A DNA stretch of 64,000 nt from Actinomycetota bacterium (GTDB lineage: Bacteria; Actinomycetota; Actinomycetes; Actinomycetales; Microbacteriaceae). The stretch is from the NCBI GenBank assembly GCA_041165365.1, contig JBEANR010000127.1:110-64109 (forward strand), read 5' to 3'. Below are positions 43,871-54,333 of the stretch, piece by piece. The first letter of the stretch is position 1; each line of letters opens with the position of its first letter. The translations under genes were made by a program, and so were the position numbers. The notes beneath the pieces are model-generated. The model made no database searches. It was not told the DNA's origin and saw only the letters and a program-made list of their open reading frames with translations.

Positions 43871-44031
43871 GTGTTCGTTACCGACCCGACACGTCACCGC
43901 ACCGGGGCCGAAACGTCGTCGCCCTAGCGTGGCGGGACGACCCGATCACCACGACGGATGACCGCGACTCGACGAATGCGAGTCGCGACGAACGCCACTC
44001 GACAGGTTCCACTCGACAGGACAGGAGCGCC

Positions 44032-44466
44032 ATGACGATCACCCCGCAGGTGGTGCCGGTCCGCGACGCACCGCTTCTCGACACACCGCCGGTCGACACG
44101 CGTTCGCCGGAGGAGACGCTGTGGACGACAGTGTGCGACCTCGAACAACTGGAGCCGCTGTGGGGGGAGGCTGCGTTGATCGGAGACGAGCAGGTCGCGC
44201 TGTTCCTGCTGCCCGACGGCAGACTCTTCGCCGTGTCGAACCGCGACCCGGCCACGGGTTCGTACGTCATGTCGCGCGGCATCGTCGGGTCGCGGGGGGA
44301 GCGCCCGACGATCGCCTCACCCCTGCACAAGCAGGTCTTCGCCCTCGAGAACGGCGACTGCCTGACCGACGTCTCCCTCTCACTCCAGACCTTCCCGATT
44401 CGCGTACGCGGTCGCAGCGTGCAGATCGGGATGCCGCGGCCTGGCGACAGACCGAACCCCGACTGA
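44032..44466 (+). CDS. nirD: Nitrite reductase small subunit
   Basis: QVALF, NRDPATGSYVMSRGIVG, IASPLHKQVF, GDCL; RBS AGGAG. Confidence 0.94.
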   Translation: MTITPQVVPVRDAPLLDTPPVDTRSPEETLWTTVCDLEQLEPLWGEAALIGDEQVALFLLPDGRLFAVSNRDPATGSYVMSRGIVGSRGERPTIASPLHKQVFALENGDCLTDVSLSLQTFPIRVRGRSVQIGMPRPGDRPNPD

Positions 44467-44524
44467 TCCCGATCAGCACGACGACCCCATCGCTCCGCTC
44501 CACCCAACCAGTTCGGAGAATGCC

Positions 44525-45979
44525 ATGACCGCGCCCACCACCACGTCGACCCCCTCAGCCGCTCCGCTCGCACCGGGCGGCGCCAGCGACCCGACCTCGG
44601 CCGCCGGCGACCCGGCCTCGACCGTCGGGCTGGTGCACCGCCCGGGCCGCTGGATCGACAACTGGCAGCCGGAAGACGTCGAACAGTGGGAGGGGCGAGG
44701 GCGGACCATCGCGAGCCGCAACCTCAAGTGGTCGATCTTCGCCGAGTTCCTCGGATTCGTCGTCTGGCAGCTGTGGAGCATCGTCGTCGTCTCGCTGCCC
44801 GCGGTGGGGTTCGCCTTCGACACCGGGCAGATCTTCTGGCTGATCTCGATCCCGAGCCTCGTGGGCGCGACACTGCGCCTGCCGTACACGTTCATGGTTC
44901 CGAAGTTCGGCGGTCGCAACTGGACGATCGTGTCTGCCGGGCTGCTGCTCATCCCCTCGATCGCACTCGGATTCGCCGTGATGAACCCGGAGACGCCGTT
45001 CGGAGTCATGCTGCTCATCGCCGCCCTCGCCGGTTTCGGCGGCGGCAACTTCGCCAGCTCGATGGCGAACATCACCTTCTTCTATCCGCAGAGCCAGAAG
45101 GGGTGGGCACTCGGGCTCAATGCCGCGGGCGGCAACGTCGGTGCGGCCATCGCGCAACTGGTCGTACCGATCGCGATCACGATCGGCGCGGCATCCACTC
45201 TCAATCTCTGGCTCGCCGGCTTCATCTGGGTGCCGTTCATCCTGCTGGCGATGTGGGGCGCGTGGAGGCACATGGACAACCTGTCGAGCGCGAAGTCCGA
45301 CTTCGCCGCCTCGCTCGCCGCGGTGCGCGAGCCGCACCTCTGGATCATGGCCGTGCTCTACATCGGCACCTTCGGGTCGTTCATCGGGTTCGCCAGCGTC
45401 TTCCCGAAACTCATCGTCGACCAGTTCCCGACGTTCTCGACGTTCACCGTGGGCAGCGCGTCGCTCGGTCTCGCCTTCCTCGGCGCGCTGGTCGGCTCGC
45501 TGTCGCGCCCCTTCGGCGGCAGGCTCGCCGACAGGTTCGGGGGAGCGGCGATCACGGTGTGCGCCTTCGCGGTGATGGCCCTCGGCGCGCTCCTGGTGGT
45601 CTTCACCCTGCCGCTGGCGAATTTCTGGGTGTTCCTCGGATGCTTCCTGCTCCTGTTCGTCGCGGGCGGGATCGGCAACGGCTCGACGTACCGGATGATC
45701 CCGAGCGTCTTCTCGGCCAGAAGCGGCGTTCACGACGCGCACCTGAACTCCGGAGACGTCGGCACCCAGCGCAAGACCGCGGCGGCCCTCGGCATCATCT
45801 CCGCGGTCGGCGCCTACGGCGGATTCGTCATCCCGCAGGTGCTCAGTCTCTCGAAGACCACCACGGGCGACTACTCGAGCGCGATGTTCGGCTTCGTCGG
45901 TGCCTACATCGTGCTGATGGCCGTGACGGCATTCTTCTACCTGCGACGCGGATCGTCGGTCGCCGGGCAGAGGATCTGA
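44525..45979 (+). CDS. narK: NarK family nitrate/nitrite MFS transporter
   Basis: RNLKWS, FGGRNW, GFGGGNFASSM, GLNAAGGN, FGSFIGF, GIGNGSTYRMIP. Confidence 0.94.
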   Translation: MTAPTTTSTPSAAPLAPGGASDPTSAAGDPASTVGLVHRPGRWIDNWQPEDVEQWEGRGRTIASRNLKWSIFAEFLGFVVWQLWSIVVVSLPAVGFAFDTGQIFWLISIPSLVGATLRLPYTFMVPKFGGRNWTIVSAGLLLIPSIALGFAVMNPETPFGVMLLIAALAGFGGGNFASSMANITFFYPQSQKGWALGLNAAGGNVGAAIAQLVVPIAITIGAASTLNLWLAGFIWVPFILLAMWGAWRHMDNLSSAKSDFAASLAAVREPHLWIMAVLYIGTFGSFIGFASVFPKLIVDQFPTFSTFTVGSASLGLAFLGALVGSLSRPFGGRLADRFGGAAITVCAFAVMALGALLVVFTLPLANFWVFLGCFLLLFVAGGIGNGSTYRMIPSVFSARSGVHDAHLNSGDVGTQRKTAAALGIISAVGAYGGFVIPQVLSLSKTTTGDYSSAMFGFVGAYIVLMAVTAFFYLRRGSSVAGQRI

Positions 45980-45983
45980 CCCG

Positions 45984-48107
45984 GTGGTGCCCGTCACCAC
46001 CGCTGCTCCGGACTCCTCCGCGACGGCGACGCACTGCCCGTACTGCGCTCTGCAGTGCGCGATGGCGCTCACGGCGGACGCCCGGACCGGTGGTGCCGTC
46101 GTCGCGGGACGCGATTTTCCCACCAATCGCGGAGGCCTGTGCAAGAAAGGATGGACCTCGGCCGAACTGCTGCATTCGCCTGATCGCCTCCTCGAACCGA
46201 TGGCACGACAGAGCGACGGCACCTTCACGCCCATCGGTTGGGATGACGCGCTCGACCTCATCGCCGGCCGGTTGCGGGCGCTGCGGCGCGACCACGGGGC
46301 CGACTCCGTCGGGGTCTTCGGCGGCGGCGGCCTCACGAACGAGAAGGCCTACCAGCTCGGCAAGTTCGCGCGGCTCGCGCTGGGCACCTCCCGCATCGAT
46401 TACAACGGCAGATTCTGTATGTCGTCGGCGGCGGCCGCCGGAACGCGGGCGTTCGGGCTCGACCGGGGCCTGCCGTTCCGGGTGGACGAGCTCGACGCGG
46501 CATCCACGATCCTGCTGCTCGGGTCGAACGTGGCGGAGACGATGCCCCCGTTCATCGGCCATCTCGAGGGTGCCAGGGCGGCCGGAGGGCTCATCGTCGT
46601 CGATCCTCGCGTGTCGTCGACGGCCAGACTCACCGACGACGGCGCCGGGATGCACGTGCAGCCGACGCCGGGCAGCGATCTCGCACTGCTGCTCGGCCTC
46701 ACCGCGATAGTCATCGCGGAGGGGCTCGCCGACACCGGGTACCTTGAGGCGCGGACCAGCGGGTTCGCCGACCTCCGCGCCTCCGTCGCGGCATGGTGGC
46801 CGGAGCGGGTGCAGGCGGAGACCGGGGTGCCGGTCTGGCAGTTGCGCGCCATCGCCAGGAGGCTCGCGTCGGGTGGGGGCACCTACATCCTCACCGGCCG
46901 AGGTGTCGAGCAGCACGTGGACGGCACCGACACCGCCACGGCGGCGATCAATCTCGCGCTCGTGCTGGGACTGGTGGGCACCGAGCATTCCGGATACGGA
47001 ACGTTGACCGGGCAGGGCAACGGCCAGGGCGGGCGGGAACACGGTCAGAAGTGCGACCAGCTGCCGGGCTACAGCAGGATCGTCGATCCGGTGGCGCGCG
47101 CGAGGGTCGCCGCAGTGTGGGGGGTCGACCCCGCCATCATCCCCGGCTCAGGCCTCCCCGCGGTCGAGCTGCTCGCGTCGATGGGGATGCGCGGCGGAGT
47201 GAGGGCTCTGCTGGTGCACGGCTCGAACGTCGTGGTGTCCGCACCGGACGCCGACAGCGTCCGTGTGGGCCTCGAGGCGCTCGACCTCCTCGTGGTGTGC
47301 GATTTCTTTTTCTCGGAGACGGCGAGCCTCGCAGACCTCGTGCTGCCGGTCACGCAGTGGGCCGAGGAGGAGGGAACGATGACGTCGCTCGAGGGGCGCG
47401 TCATCCGCCGCCGCCGTGCCGTGGATGCCCCGCCCGGGGTCCGCAGCGAGCTGTGGATCCTGAAGGAGCTCGCTCGGAGGCTCGACGCCCCCGGCATCTA
47501 CAGCGCGGTGGCCGCCGAGGTGTTCTCCGAGCTCGCCGCGGCGTCTGCGGGAGGGCTCGCGGACTATTCGGGTATCGACTACGACCTGCTGGATCACGAC
47601 GCGGAGGTCTACTGGCCGTACCCCTCGGGGTCGTCGGGCACTCCGAGGCTGTTCCTCGACAGGTTCGCCCATGACGACGGCCTCGCGAGGATGGTGCCCG
47701 TGCGACGCCGGACGTCGGATGCCGCGGCGCAGGTCGGCGGCGAGCTCACCCTCATCACCGGGCGCCTCCTCGAGCACTACCAGTCGGGCGCTCAGACCCG
47801 GCGGGTGCCGGAGCTGAACGACGCCCGGCCGGTGGCGACCGTGCAGATGCATCCCGCGACGGCGCTCCGCCTCGGCATCGACGGCGACTCACTCGTCGAA
47901 CTCGCGAACCCCCGCGGCGTCGTCCGGGTGCGCGCCGAGATCACCGTGGGCATCCGACCGGACACGGTGTTCCTCCCGTTCCACTTCGCCGCCGATCAGT
48001 GCGCGAACCTCCTCACCGCCGCCGTCACCGACCCGGTGTCCGGCATGCCGGAGTTCAAGCGCACCGCGGTGACCGTGCGGGTGCTCGCGGAGGTGCAGAG
48101 TGGATGA
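45984..48107 (+). CDS. nasA: Assimilatory nitrate reductase, molybdopterin catalytic subunit
   Basis: HCPYCALQC...LCKKG [4Fe-4S], NEKAYQLGKFAR, NGRFCMSSA, GQGNGQGGRE, TGRLLEHYQSG, MPEFK. Confidence 0.92.
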   Translation: MVPVTTAAPDSSATATHCPYCALQCAMALTADARTGGAVVAGRDFPTNRGGLCKKGWTSAELLHSPDRLLEPMARQSDGTFTPIGWDDALDLIAGRLRALRRDHGADSVGVFGGGGLTNEKAYQLGKFARLALGTSRIDYNGRFCMSSAAAAGTRAFGLDRGLPFRVDELDAASTILLLGSNVAETMPPFIGHLEGARAAGGLIVVDPRVSSTARLTDDGAGMHVQPTPGSDLALLLGLTAIVIAEGLADTGYLEARTSGFADLRASVAAWWPERVQAETGVPVWQLRAIARRLASGGGTYILTGRGVEQHVDGTDTATAAINLALVLGLVGTEHSGYGTLTGQGNGQGGREHGQKCDQLPGYSRIVDPVARARVAAVWGVDPAIIPGSGLPAVELLASMGMRGGVRALLVHGSNVVVSAPDADSVRVGLEALDLLVVCDFFFSETASLADLVLPVTQWAEEEGTMTSLEGRVIRRRRAVDAPPGVRSELWILKELARRLDAPGIYSAVAAEVFSELAAASAGGLADYSGIDYDLLDHDAEVYWPYPSGSSGTPRLFLDRFAHDDGLARMVPVRRRTSDAAAQVGGELTLITGRLLEHYQSGAQTRRVPELNDARPVATVQMHPATALRLGIDGDSLVELANPRGVVRVRAEITVGIRPDTVFLPFHFAADQCANLLTAAVTDPVSGMPEFKRTAVTVRVLAEVQSG

Positions 48108-49800
48108 TTCGACACTGCGGGGAGGGTCGGAACGGGGCGACCCGCGACGCATCGTCGTGATCGGCTTCGGTCCCGTCGGTGCCCGGTTCGTCGACGAGCT
48201 CGTGCCAGCTCTCGAGGCCGGACTCGTCGAGGTGACGGTGGTCGGGGCGGAGGAGGGCGACCCGTACAACCGCGTGCTCGTCGCCGAATACGCGGTGGGG
48301 CATACATCTCTCGGGGCGATGAGTCTGGGGGGATCGACCGCAGCCGTCGCCGCTGGAGCGCGCATCATCACCGGCGCGACGGTGACCGCGATCAGTCGCT
48401 CGCGCCGCGTCGTGACGGTCGTCAGAGGTGACCATTCGGAAGGCCTGCACTACGACAGGTTGATCTTCGCCACGGGCGCGCGCGCCAACGTCCCCACCCT
48501 CGACGGCATCGTGCGGGTGCGGCGCGATCACCTCGCTCCGTCGCCGGAGCCCGCGACGCTCGATTCCCCCGGCGGCGCGCTTCCCGTCGGGGTGACCACA
48601 CTCCGCGATCTGGCGGACGCCGAACGGGTGCTCGACGCGGTGCGTGGCGCGCGGCGCATCGTCGTGCTCGGCGCAGGCGTGCTCGGAATGGAGATCGCGC
48701 TCGCCGCGTCATCCGTCGGGGCTCAGGTCTGCGTCGTGTACCACGGCGGGATCCCGATGGCGAGGAGTCTCGATCGGGGGAGCGGCACGGTTCTCGCTCG
48801 CGCGGCCAGGCGGGCAGGGGTCACGATGGTCGACCACACCCGGGCGGAGAGTATCGTGCTGCGGCTCGACGACGACGGCACCGAGAGGTTCGACGCCCTC
48901 GTCTGCGCCGACGGCAAGCAGATCTCGGGCGACCTCCTTCTGCTGTCGTGCGGAGTGGGCGCGCGGGTCGAACTCGCGCGGCTCGCCGGGCTCGACGTGG
49001 CCGCGGGCATCCTCGTCGACGACGGTCTGACCAGTTGGGCCGATTCCAGGATCTGCGCGATCGGCGACTGCGCCCAGATCGCGCCGCGGCCGGCTCTCGG
49101 GGATTCGACGGCGCCTCCGGTCGGTGCACCGTCCGGGCTCATCGGCCCGGGGTGGCGGCAGGCGGAGTGGCTCGCTGCGCGCATCATGGCGGAGCTGAGT
49201 GACGGAGTCGTCGTGCCGGCGATGGCCCGTGAGCGCCCCGCGCTGGTCGTGGTCAAGGCGGAGGGCATCGATGTGGTGGCGGCCGGTGACCTCTCGGCGG
49301 ACCCCTGGGATGCCGAGTCTGCGCACACCGACACCGGGGGAGACCGCCCTCGGCACACCGACGCCGGTCGCCACGACGATTCATGTCGGCTGGCGGCCAC
49401 GCAGGTCGCCGAGTGGGCGGATCCGGAGCACGGCAGATACGTGAAGATGGTCACCCGCGACGGCGTGCTCGAGGCCTTCGTGAGCGTGGGGATGCCGCGC
49501 ACCGGCGCCGAACTGACCCTCCTGTACGAGCGGGGCAGCGAGTTGCCCGCCGACAGATCGGTGCTGTTGCGCTACGACGGACCCGACTACGAGCCGTCGT
49601 TCGGCGGCGACGGTTTCGCGCTCGAATCGACGGTGTGCTGGTGCAACGGGGTCACCGTGGAGTCGGTGGTGGATGCCGCGACCTCCGGTGATCGCACGGT
49701 CGCGTGTGTGAGTGCGGCGACCCGGGCGGGCACAGGATGCGGCGGATGCAGGGGCCGCATCGCCGACGTGATCGAGTGGGCGGGGGCAATCGGGTCGTAG
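48100..49800 (+). CDS. FAD-dependent oxidoreductase with BFD-like [2Fe-2S] domain (probable nitrate reductase electron-transfer subunit)
   Basis: VIGFGPVG, PYNRVL, GAGVLGME, AIGDCA, C-terminal VCWCNGV...AGTGCGGC; overlaps nasA stop. Confidence 0.82.
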   Translation: MDDSTLRGGSERGDPRRIVVIGFGPVGARFVDELVPALEAGLVEVTVVGAEEGDPYNRVLVAEYAVGHTSLGAMSLGGSTAAVAAGARIITGATVTAISRSRRVVTVVRGDHSEGLHYDRLIFATGARANVPTLDGIVRVRRDHLAPSPEPATLDSPGGALPVGVTTLRDLADAERVLDAVRGARRIVVLGAGVLGMEIALAASSVGAQVCVVYHGGIPMARSLDRGSGTVLARAARRAGVTMVDHTRAESIVLRLDDDGTERFDALVCADGKQISGDLLLLSCGVGARVELARLAGLDVAAGILVDDGLTSWADSRICAIGDCAQIAPRPALGDSTAPPVGAPSGLIGPGWRQAEWLAARIMAELSDGVVVPAMARERPALVVVKAEGIDVVAAGDLSADPWDAESAHTDTGGDRPRHTDAGRHDDSCRLAATQVAEWADPEHGRYVKMVTRDGVLEAFVSVGMPRTGAELTLLYERGSELPADRSVLLRYDGPDYEPSFGGDGFALESTVCWCNGVTVESVVDAATSGDRTVACVSAATRAGTGCGGCRGRIADVIEWAGAIGS

Positions 49801-49817
49801 CGGCCGGCCGGATGGAG

Positions 49818-50114
49818 TCACCGGTCGGGTGTGCCCGGTGACGCCGTTCCAGGCTCACCGAGCGCGAGCGCAGCCACCCGTTCTGAGAGTCGCCGCACCG
49901 TTTCCTCGCCGCCACCCTGCTGCGCCGCGGCGTAGCCGACGAGAAAGGTGGTGAGCGGGGCCGCCGGTCTCGCCACCCCGTGGGCGGCATCGCGCGCCAG
50001 ATCGAGGATCGCGGCGATGTCGACCGTGAACGACTCGGGCAGGTCGAGGGCAGTCGAGACCCTCGCCACCCACAGCTCGAGTGTTTCGCCGGTCGGGCCC
50101 TGGTGCTCGGTCAT
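49818..50114 (-). CDS. DUF6457 family protein (MobA-associated)
   Basis: ILDLARDAAHGVARPAAPLTTFLVGYAA. Confidence 0.8.
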   Translation of the reverse strand: MTEHQGPTGETLELWVARVSTALDLPESFTVDIAAILDLARDAAHGVARPAAPLTTFLVGYAAAQQGGGEETVRRLSERVAALALGEPGTASPGTPDR

Positions 50115-50178
50115 GTCGCTCCCCGCTCTGACCGCGTGGTCCGCTTCTTCTCCAGGCTAGCCATGCCGGTCGAGGTGC

Positions 50179-50772
50179 TCAGGCGAGCCGGATGCCGTGA
50201 CGGCGGGCATCCTCGACGGTGTCGACATCCGCACACGCCGCGTCCGGCACGGGCACGTCGACGAGTCGGAGGCCACTCAGCAGTGTGCGGAGCGCAAGTC
50301 CATCGACCGGAATACTCAGCACTCGGGTGAGAGCGATGATGGCGTAGACCGCGAGGAGAGGTTGACGGTGCCCGGACTCGTCGACGGCGACGACTCCGTC
50401 GGCGCCATCCGGACCGGTCACGTGAGTTCTCGCCGCGTCGAGGAGAGTTGGTACGGCGTCCTCAGGTCGAAGCAGGTCGGCTGCCAGCACCAGAACCAGG
50501 GGAGTGGCGCCTGCGCTGAGACATCGGATGCCTGCCCCCAGCGCCGCGGACGGACCGCCGCCCGGGGGATCCTCGAGTACCCACTCGACCCCATTGATCG
50601 AGTCTCTCCGAGGCCCGACAGCGCAGACGCGAGCCGCGCCACCGGTCGCCGCGATCGCCCGCTCCAGCAGCGTCAGTCCGTCGAACTCGAGGGCCGCCTT
50701 GTCGACCCCGCCCAGACGGGATCCCCTCCCTCCGGCGACGATGATCGCGCTGAAGGGAGGGGATCCCATCAC
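50179..50772 (-). CDS. mobA: Molybdenum cofactor guanylyltransferase
   Basis: VAGGRGSRLGGVDKA, EDPPGGGP, LAADL, QPLLAVY, DVDT. Confidence 0.88.
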   Translation of the reverse strand: MMGSPPFSAIIVAGGRGSRLGGVDKAALEFDGLTLLERAIAATGGAARVCAVGPRRDSINGVEWVLEDPPGGGPSAALGAGIRCLSAGATPLVLVLAADLLRPEDAVPTLLDAARTHVTGPDGADGVVAVDESGHRQPLLAVYAIIALTRVLSIPVDGLALRTLLSGLRLVDVPVPDAACADVDTVEDARRHGIRLA

Positions 50773-50791
50773 GGGCAGGCCCGGAGCCGGA

Positions 50792-52306
50792 TCAGACGAC
50801 GTCGTCGTCGACCCAGTCGAAGGTCTTCGTCACGGCCTTCTTCCAGTTGCGCAGCAGGCGCTCGCGCTCATCGCTGTCGAGGTTCGGCGTCCAGCGGGCG
50901 TCCTCCTGCCAGTTCGCACGCAGTTCGTCGAGGTCCGACCAGAATCCGACCGCGAGCCCCGCGGCGTAGGCGGCACCGAGCGCGGTGGTCTCCGCGACGA
51001 CGGGGCGAACGACGGGCACGTTCAGGATGTCGGCCTGGAACTGCATCAACTCGTTGTTGGCCACCATGCCGCCGTCGACCTTCAACTCGGTGAGGTCCAC
51101 TCCGGAGTCGGCGTTGACCGCGTCCAGCACCTCGCGGGTCTGGAACGCCGTCGCCTCGAGCGCGGCGCGAGCGATGTGGCCCTTGTTGACGAACCTGGTC
51201 AGGCCCACGAGGGCACCACGGGCATCCGGCCTCCAGTAGGGGGCGAACAGTCCCGAGAACGCGGGCACGAAGTACACGCCGCCGTTGTCATCGACCGTCT
51301 TGGCGAGCGCCTCGATCTCGGGAGCGGAATCGATGAGGCCGAGGTTGTCGCGCAGCCACTGGATGAGCGAACCCGTCACCGCGATAGCGCCCTCGAGCGC
51401 GTAGTGCGGGGCATCGTCGCCGAGCTTGTAGCCCAATGTCGTGAGCAGGCCGTTCTCGGAGTGCACGATGTCGGTGCCGGTGTTGAAGATCAGGAAGTTA
51501 CCGGTGCCGTAGGTGTTCTTCGACTCGCCCTTGTCGAACGCTGCCTGGCCGAAGGTGGCGGCCTGCTGGTCTCCGAGGATGCCGGCGACCGGCACCTCGC
51601 GCAGGAGGCTGGAGTCCGACACCGTTCCGTAGATCTCCGACGAGCTCTTGATCTCGGGGAGCATCGACTTCGGCACGCCGAACGCGGCGAGGACGTCGTC
51701 GTCCCACTGCAGGGTCTCGAGGTCCATGAACATCGTGCGGGAGGCGTTGGTGACATCGGTGATGTGCACCCCTCCGTCGACGCCGCCGGTGAGGTTCCAC
51801 GTCACCCAGCTGTCGGTCGTGCCGAACAGCAGATCGCCGGCCTCCGCCTTCTCGCGGGCCCCCTCGACGTTCTCGAGGATCCAGACGATCTTCGTGCCCG
51901 AGAAGTAGGTGGCGAGGGGGAGTCCGACGGTCTTCTTGAAACGCTCGACACCGCCGTCTTCGGCGAGCCTGTCGACGATCTTCTGCGTGCGGGTGTCCTG
52001 CCAGACGATCGCGTTGTAGACGGCCTTGCCGGTGTTCTTGTCCCAGACGACCGCGGTCTCCCGCTGGTTGGTGATACCGACGGCCTTGATGTTGTGACGG
52101 GTGATGTTCGCCTTCGAGAGCGCCTGTCCGATCACCTCTCGGGTGTTGTTCCAGATCTCGGCGGGGTCGTGTTCCACCCACCCGGCCTTCGGGAAGATCT
52201 GCTCGTGCTCGAGCTGGCCGGTCGAGATGATCGATCCGGCGTGATCGAAGATGATCGCGCGGGTGCTCGTGGTGCCCTGGTCGATCGAGAGGATGTAGTC
52301 GGTCAT
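50792..52306 (-). CDS. glpK: Glycerol kinase
   Basis: [55 protein letters not shown]. Confidence 0.98.
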   Translation of the reverse strand: MTDYILSIDQGTTSTRAIIFDHAGSIISTGQLEHEQIFPKAGWVEHDPAEIWNNTREVIGQALSKANITRHNIKAVGITNQRETAVVWDKNTGKAVYNAIVWQDTRTQKIVDRLAEDGGVERFKKTVGLPLATYFSGTKIVWILENVEGAREKAEAGDLLFGTTDSWVTWNLTGGVDGGVHITDVTNASRTMFMDLETLQWDDDVLAAFGVPKSMLPEIKSSSEIYGTVSDSSLLREVPVAGILGDQQAATFGQAAFDKGESKNTYGTGNFLIFNTGTDIVHSENGLLTTLGYKLGDDAPHYALEGAIAVTGSLIQWLRDNLGLIDSAPEIEALAKTVDDNGGVYFVPAFSGLFAPYWRPDARGALVGLTRFVNKGHIARAALEATAFQTREVLDAVNADSGVDLTELKVDGGMVANNELMQFQADILNVPVVRPVVAETTALGAAYAAGLAVGFWSDLDELRANWQEDARWTPNLDSDERERLLRNWKKAVTKTFDWVDDDVV

Positions 52307-52359
52307 GCGGTTACCTCCATGTAACGGTGATGAACAGTCGGGTCGTGAGAGTAGGGGAT

Positions 52360-52387
52360 CCGGCCGGGTCGTCGGTGACCCGGCCGG
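52360..52387. other. Perfect 11-bp inverted repeat between glpF and glpK
   Basis: CCGGCCGGGTC-GTCGGT-GACCCGGCCGG. Confidence 0.7.
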
Positions 52388-52395
52388 GAGCGTGA

Positions 52396-53157
52396 TCAGC
52401 CGATCACGGGGAGCAACGGGATGGCCGCGAAGCCGGCGAGCATGCCGCCGATGACGGGTCCGACGACAGGCACCCACGAGTACGACCAGTCGCTCGACCC
52501 CTTGCCCTTGATCGGGAGCACGAAGTGGGCGATGCGCGGACCGAGATCACGTGCCGGGTTGATCGCGTAGCCGGTCGGCCCACCGAGCGAGGCGCCGATG
52601 CCGACAACCAGCAGGGCCACCGGCAGGGCGCCGAGCGCGGCGAGACCGCCGTCACCCTGCCTGCCACCGCCGAAGCCGATGACCACGAAGACGAGCACGA
52701 ACGTGCCGATGATCTCGGTGACCAGGTTCCATCCGTAGCTGCGGATGGCGGGGCCGGTCGAAAACACACCGAGCTTGTTCGCGGCCTCGGGCTCGTCGTC
52801 GAAGTGCTGCTTGTACGCGAGCCACACGACCACGGCACCGAGGATGGCACCGACGAGCTGAGCGAGGATGTACATCACGACCGACACGAAGCTGACGTCG
52901 ACACCGGAACCGAACTCGGTGGCGCCGTTCGCGACGAGCCCGAGCGTGACCGCCGGGTTCAGATGCGCACCCGAGTTGTAGGAGACGATCACACCGGCGA
53001 AGACCGCGAGGCCCCATCCGAAGTTGACCATCAGGAAGCCGCCCCCGAGGCCCTTGTTCTTGGCCAGAGCCACGTTCGCGACGACGCCGCAACCGAGCAG
53101 GACCAGCATCGCTGTACCGACGACTTCCGACAGGAAGACGATTCCGAGATTCTCCAT
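52396..53157 (-). CDS. glpF: Glycerol uptake facilitator (MIP family)
   Basis: [23 protein letters not shown]; ATG 53157 after AAAGG. Confidence 0.95.
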   Translation of the reverse strand: MENLGIVFLSEVVGTAMLVLLGCGVVANVALAKNKGLGGGFLMVNFGWGLAVFAGVIVSYNSGAHLNPAVTLGLVANGATEFGSGVDVSFVSVVMYILAQLVGAILGAVVVWLAYKQHFDDEPEAANKLGVFSTGPAIRSYGWNLVTEIIGTFVLVFVVIGFGGGRQGDGGLAALGALPVALLVVGIGASLGGPTGYAINPARDLGPRIAHFVLPIKGKGSSDWSYSWVPVVGPVIGGMLAGFAAIPLLPVIG

Positions 53158-53330
53158 GGTGCCCTTTCCTGGGACGCGATCGATGGTCGCGAATCGGGGC
53201 AACCATCGGTGGTTGCCTCCACCCTAGACCTCCTCACGAAGCGGCGCAGAGGGTAAGTTGTGACCAGGCGGCGCGCCGTGTCACGGCTTCTCGCGCCGCG
53301 GATTGATCGATCCACACCCGGAGGTTTTCA

Positions 53331-54332
53331 ATGAAGAAACTCATCAACGATCCGAAGTCGGTGGTCGACGAGGCAGTCGCCGGAATGGCCGCCGCGCACC
53401 CCGATCTACTCGACGTCTCCACCGATCCGATCTACCTCGCACGCAGCGGTGGGGCGGTGCAGGGCAAGGTCGCGATCGTCAGCGGAGGCGGCAGCGGACA
53501 CGAGCCCCTGCACGGCGGATTCGTCGGATTCGGGATGCTGTCGGCTGCCGTCCCCGGCCCGGTGTTCACCTCCCCGACCCCCGACCCGATCCTCGCGGCG
53601 ACGAAGGCCGTCGACGGGGGAGCGGGGGTACTGCACATCGTGAAGAACTACACCGGAGACGTGCTCAACTTCGAGACGGCCGCCGAACTCGCCGAGGCCG
53701 ATGGCATCACCGTCAAGACCGTCATCGTCGACGACGACGTCGCGGTCAAGGACTCGCTGTACACCGCCGGCCGTCGCGGGGTCGCAGGCACGGTGCTCGT
53801 CGAGAAGATCGCGGGCGCCGCAGCCGAGCGCGGAGACGATCTCGACGCCGTGGCCGCGATCGCCGCTCGCGTGAACGCGAACGCGAGATCGATGGGCGTC
53901 GCGTTGACACCGTGCACGGTGCCGCACGCGGGGGAGCCGAGCTTTACCCTCGCCGACGACGAGATCGAGATCGGCATCGGCATCCACGGTGAACCGGGCC
54001 GAGAGCGCATCAAGCTCGAGCCGGCCGACGCCATCGTCGACAGGCTGCTCGGACCGATCCTCGACGACCTCGGTCTCTCGAGCGGCGACGACGTGCTGCT
54101 CTTCGTCAACGGGATGGGCGGCACGCCGCAGGTCGAGCTGTACATCGCGTTCCGCCGGGCTGCCGAGGTACTCGCCGAGAGGGGCCTCACCGTGAGCAGG
54201 TCGCTCGTCGGCAGCTATGTCACGTCGCTCGAGATGCAGGGGATGTCGCTCACGGTGCTGCGCCTCGATCCCGAGTTCACCGAGCTGTGGGATGCCCCCG
54301 TGCAGACGGCCGCCCTCCGCTGGGGTCGCTGA
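53331..54332 (+). CDS. dhaK: Dihydroxyacetone kinase subunit K
   Basis: [31 protein letters not shown]. Confidence 0.96.
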   Translation: MKKLINDPKSVVDEAVAGMAAAHPDLLDVSTDPIYLARSGGAVQGKVAIVSGGGSGHEPLHGGFVGFGMLSAAVPGPVFTSPTPDPILAATKAVDGGAGVLHIVKNYTGDVLNFETAAELAEADGITVKTVIVDDDVAVKDSLYTAGRRGVAGTVLVEKIAGAAAERGDDLDAVAAIAARVNANARSMGVALTPCTVPHAGEPSFTLADDEIEIGIGIHGEPGRERIKLEPADAIVDRLLGPILDDLGLSSGDDVLLFVNGMGGTPQVELYIAFRRAAEVLAERGLTVSRSLVGSYVTSLEMQGMSLTVLRLDPEFTELWDAPVQTAALRWGR

Positions 54333-54333
54333 C

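Noticed and set aside
49323-49367. 15-nt duplication (HTDTG/HTDAG) in the nitrate-associated oxidoreductase
   Set aside because: Only two copies in a low-complexity loop; no further signal.
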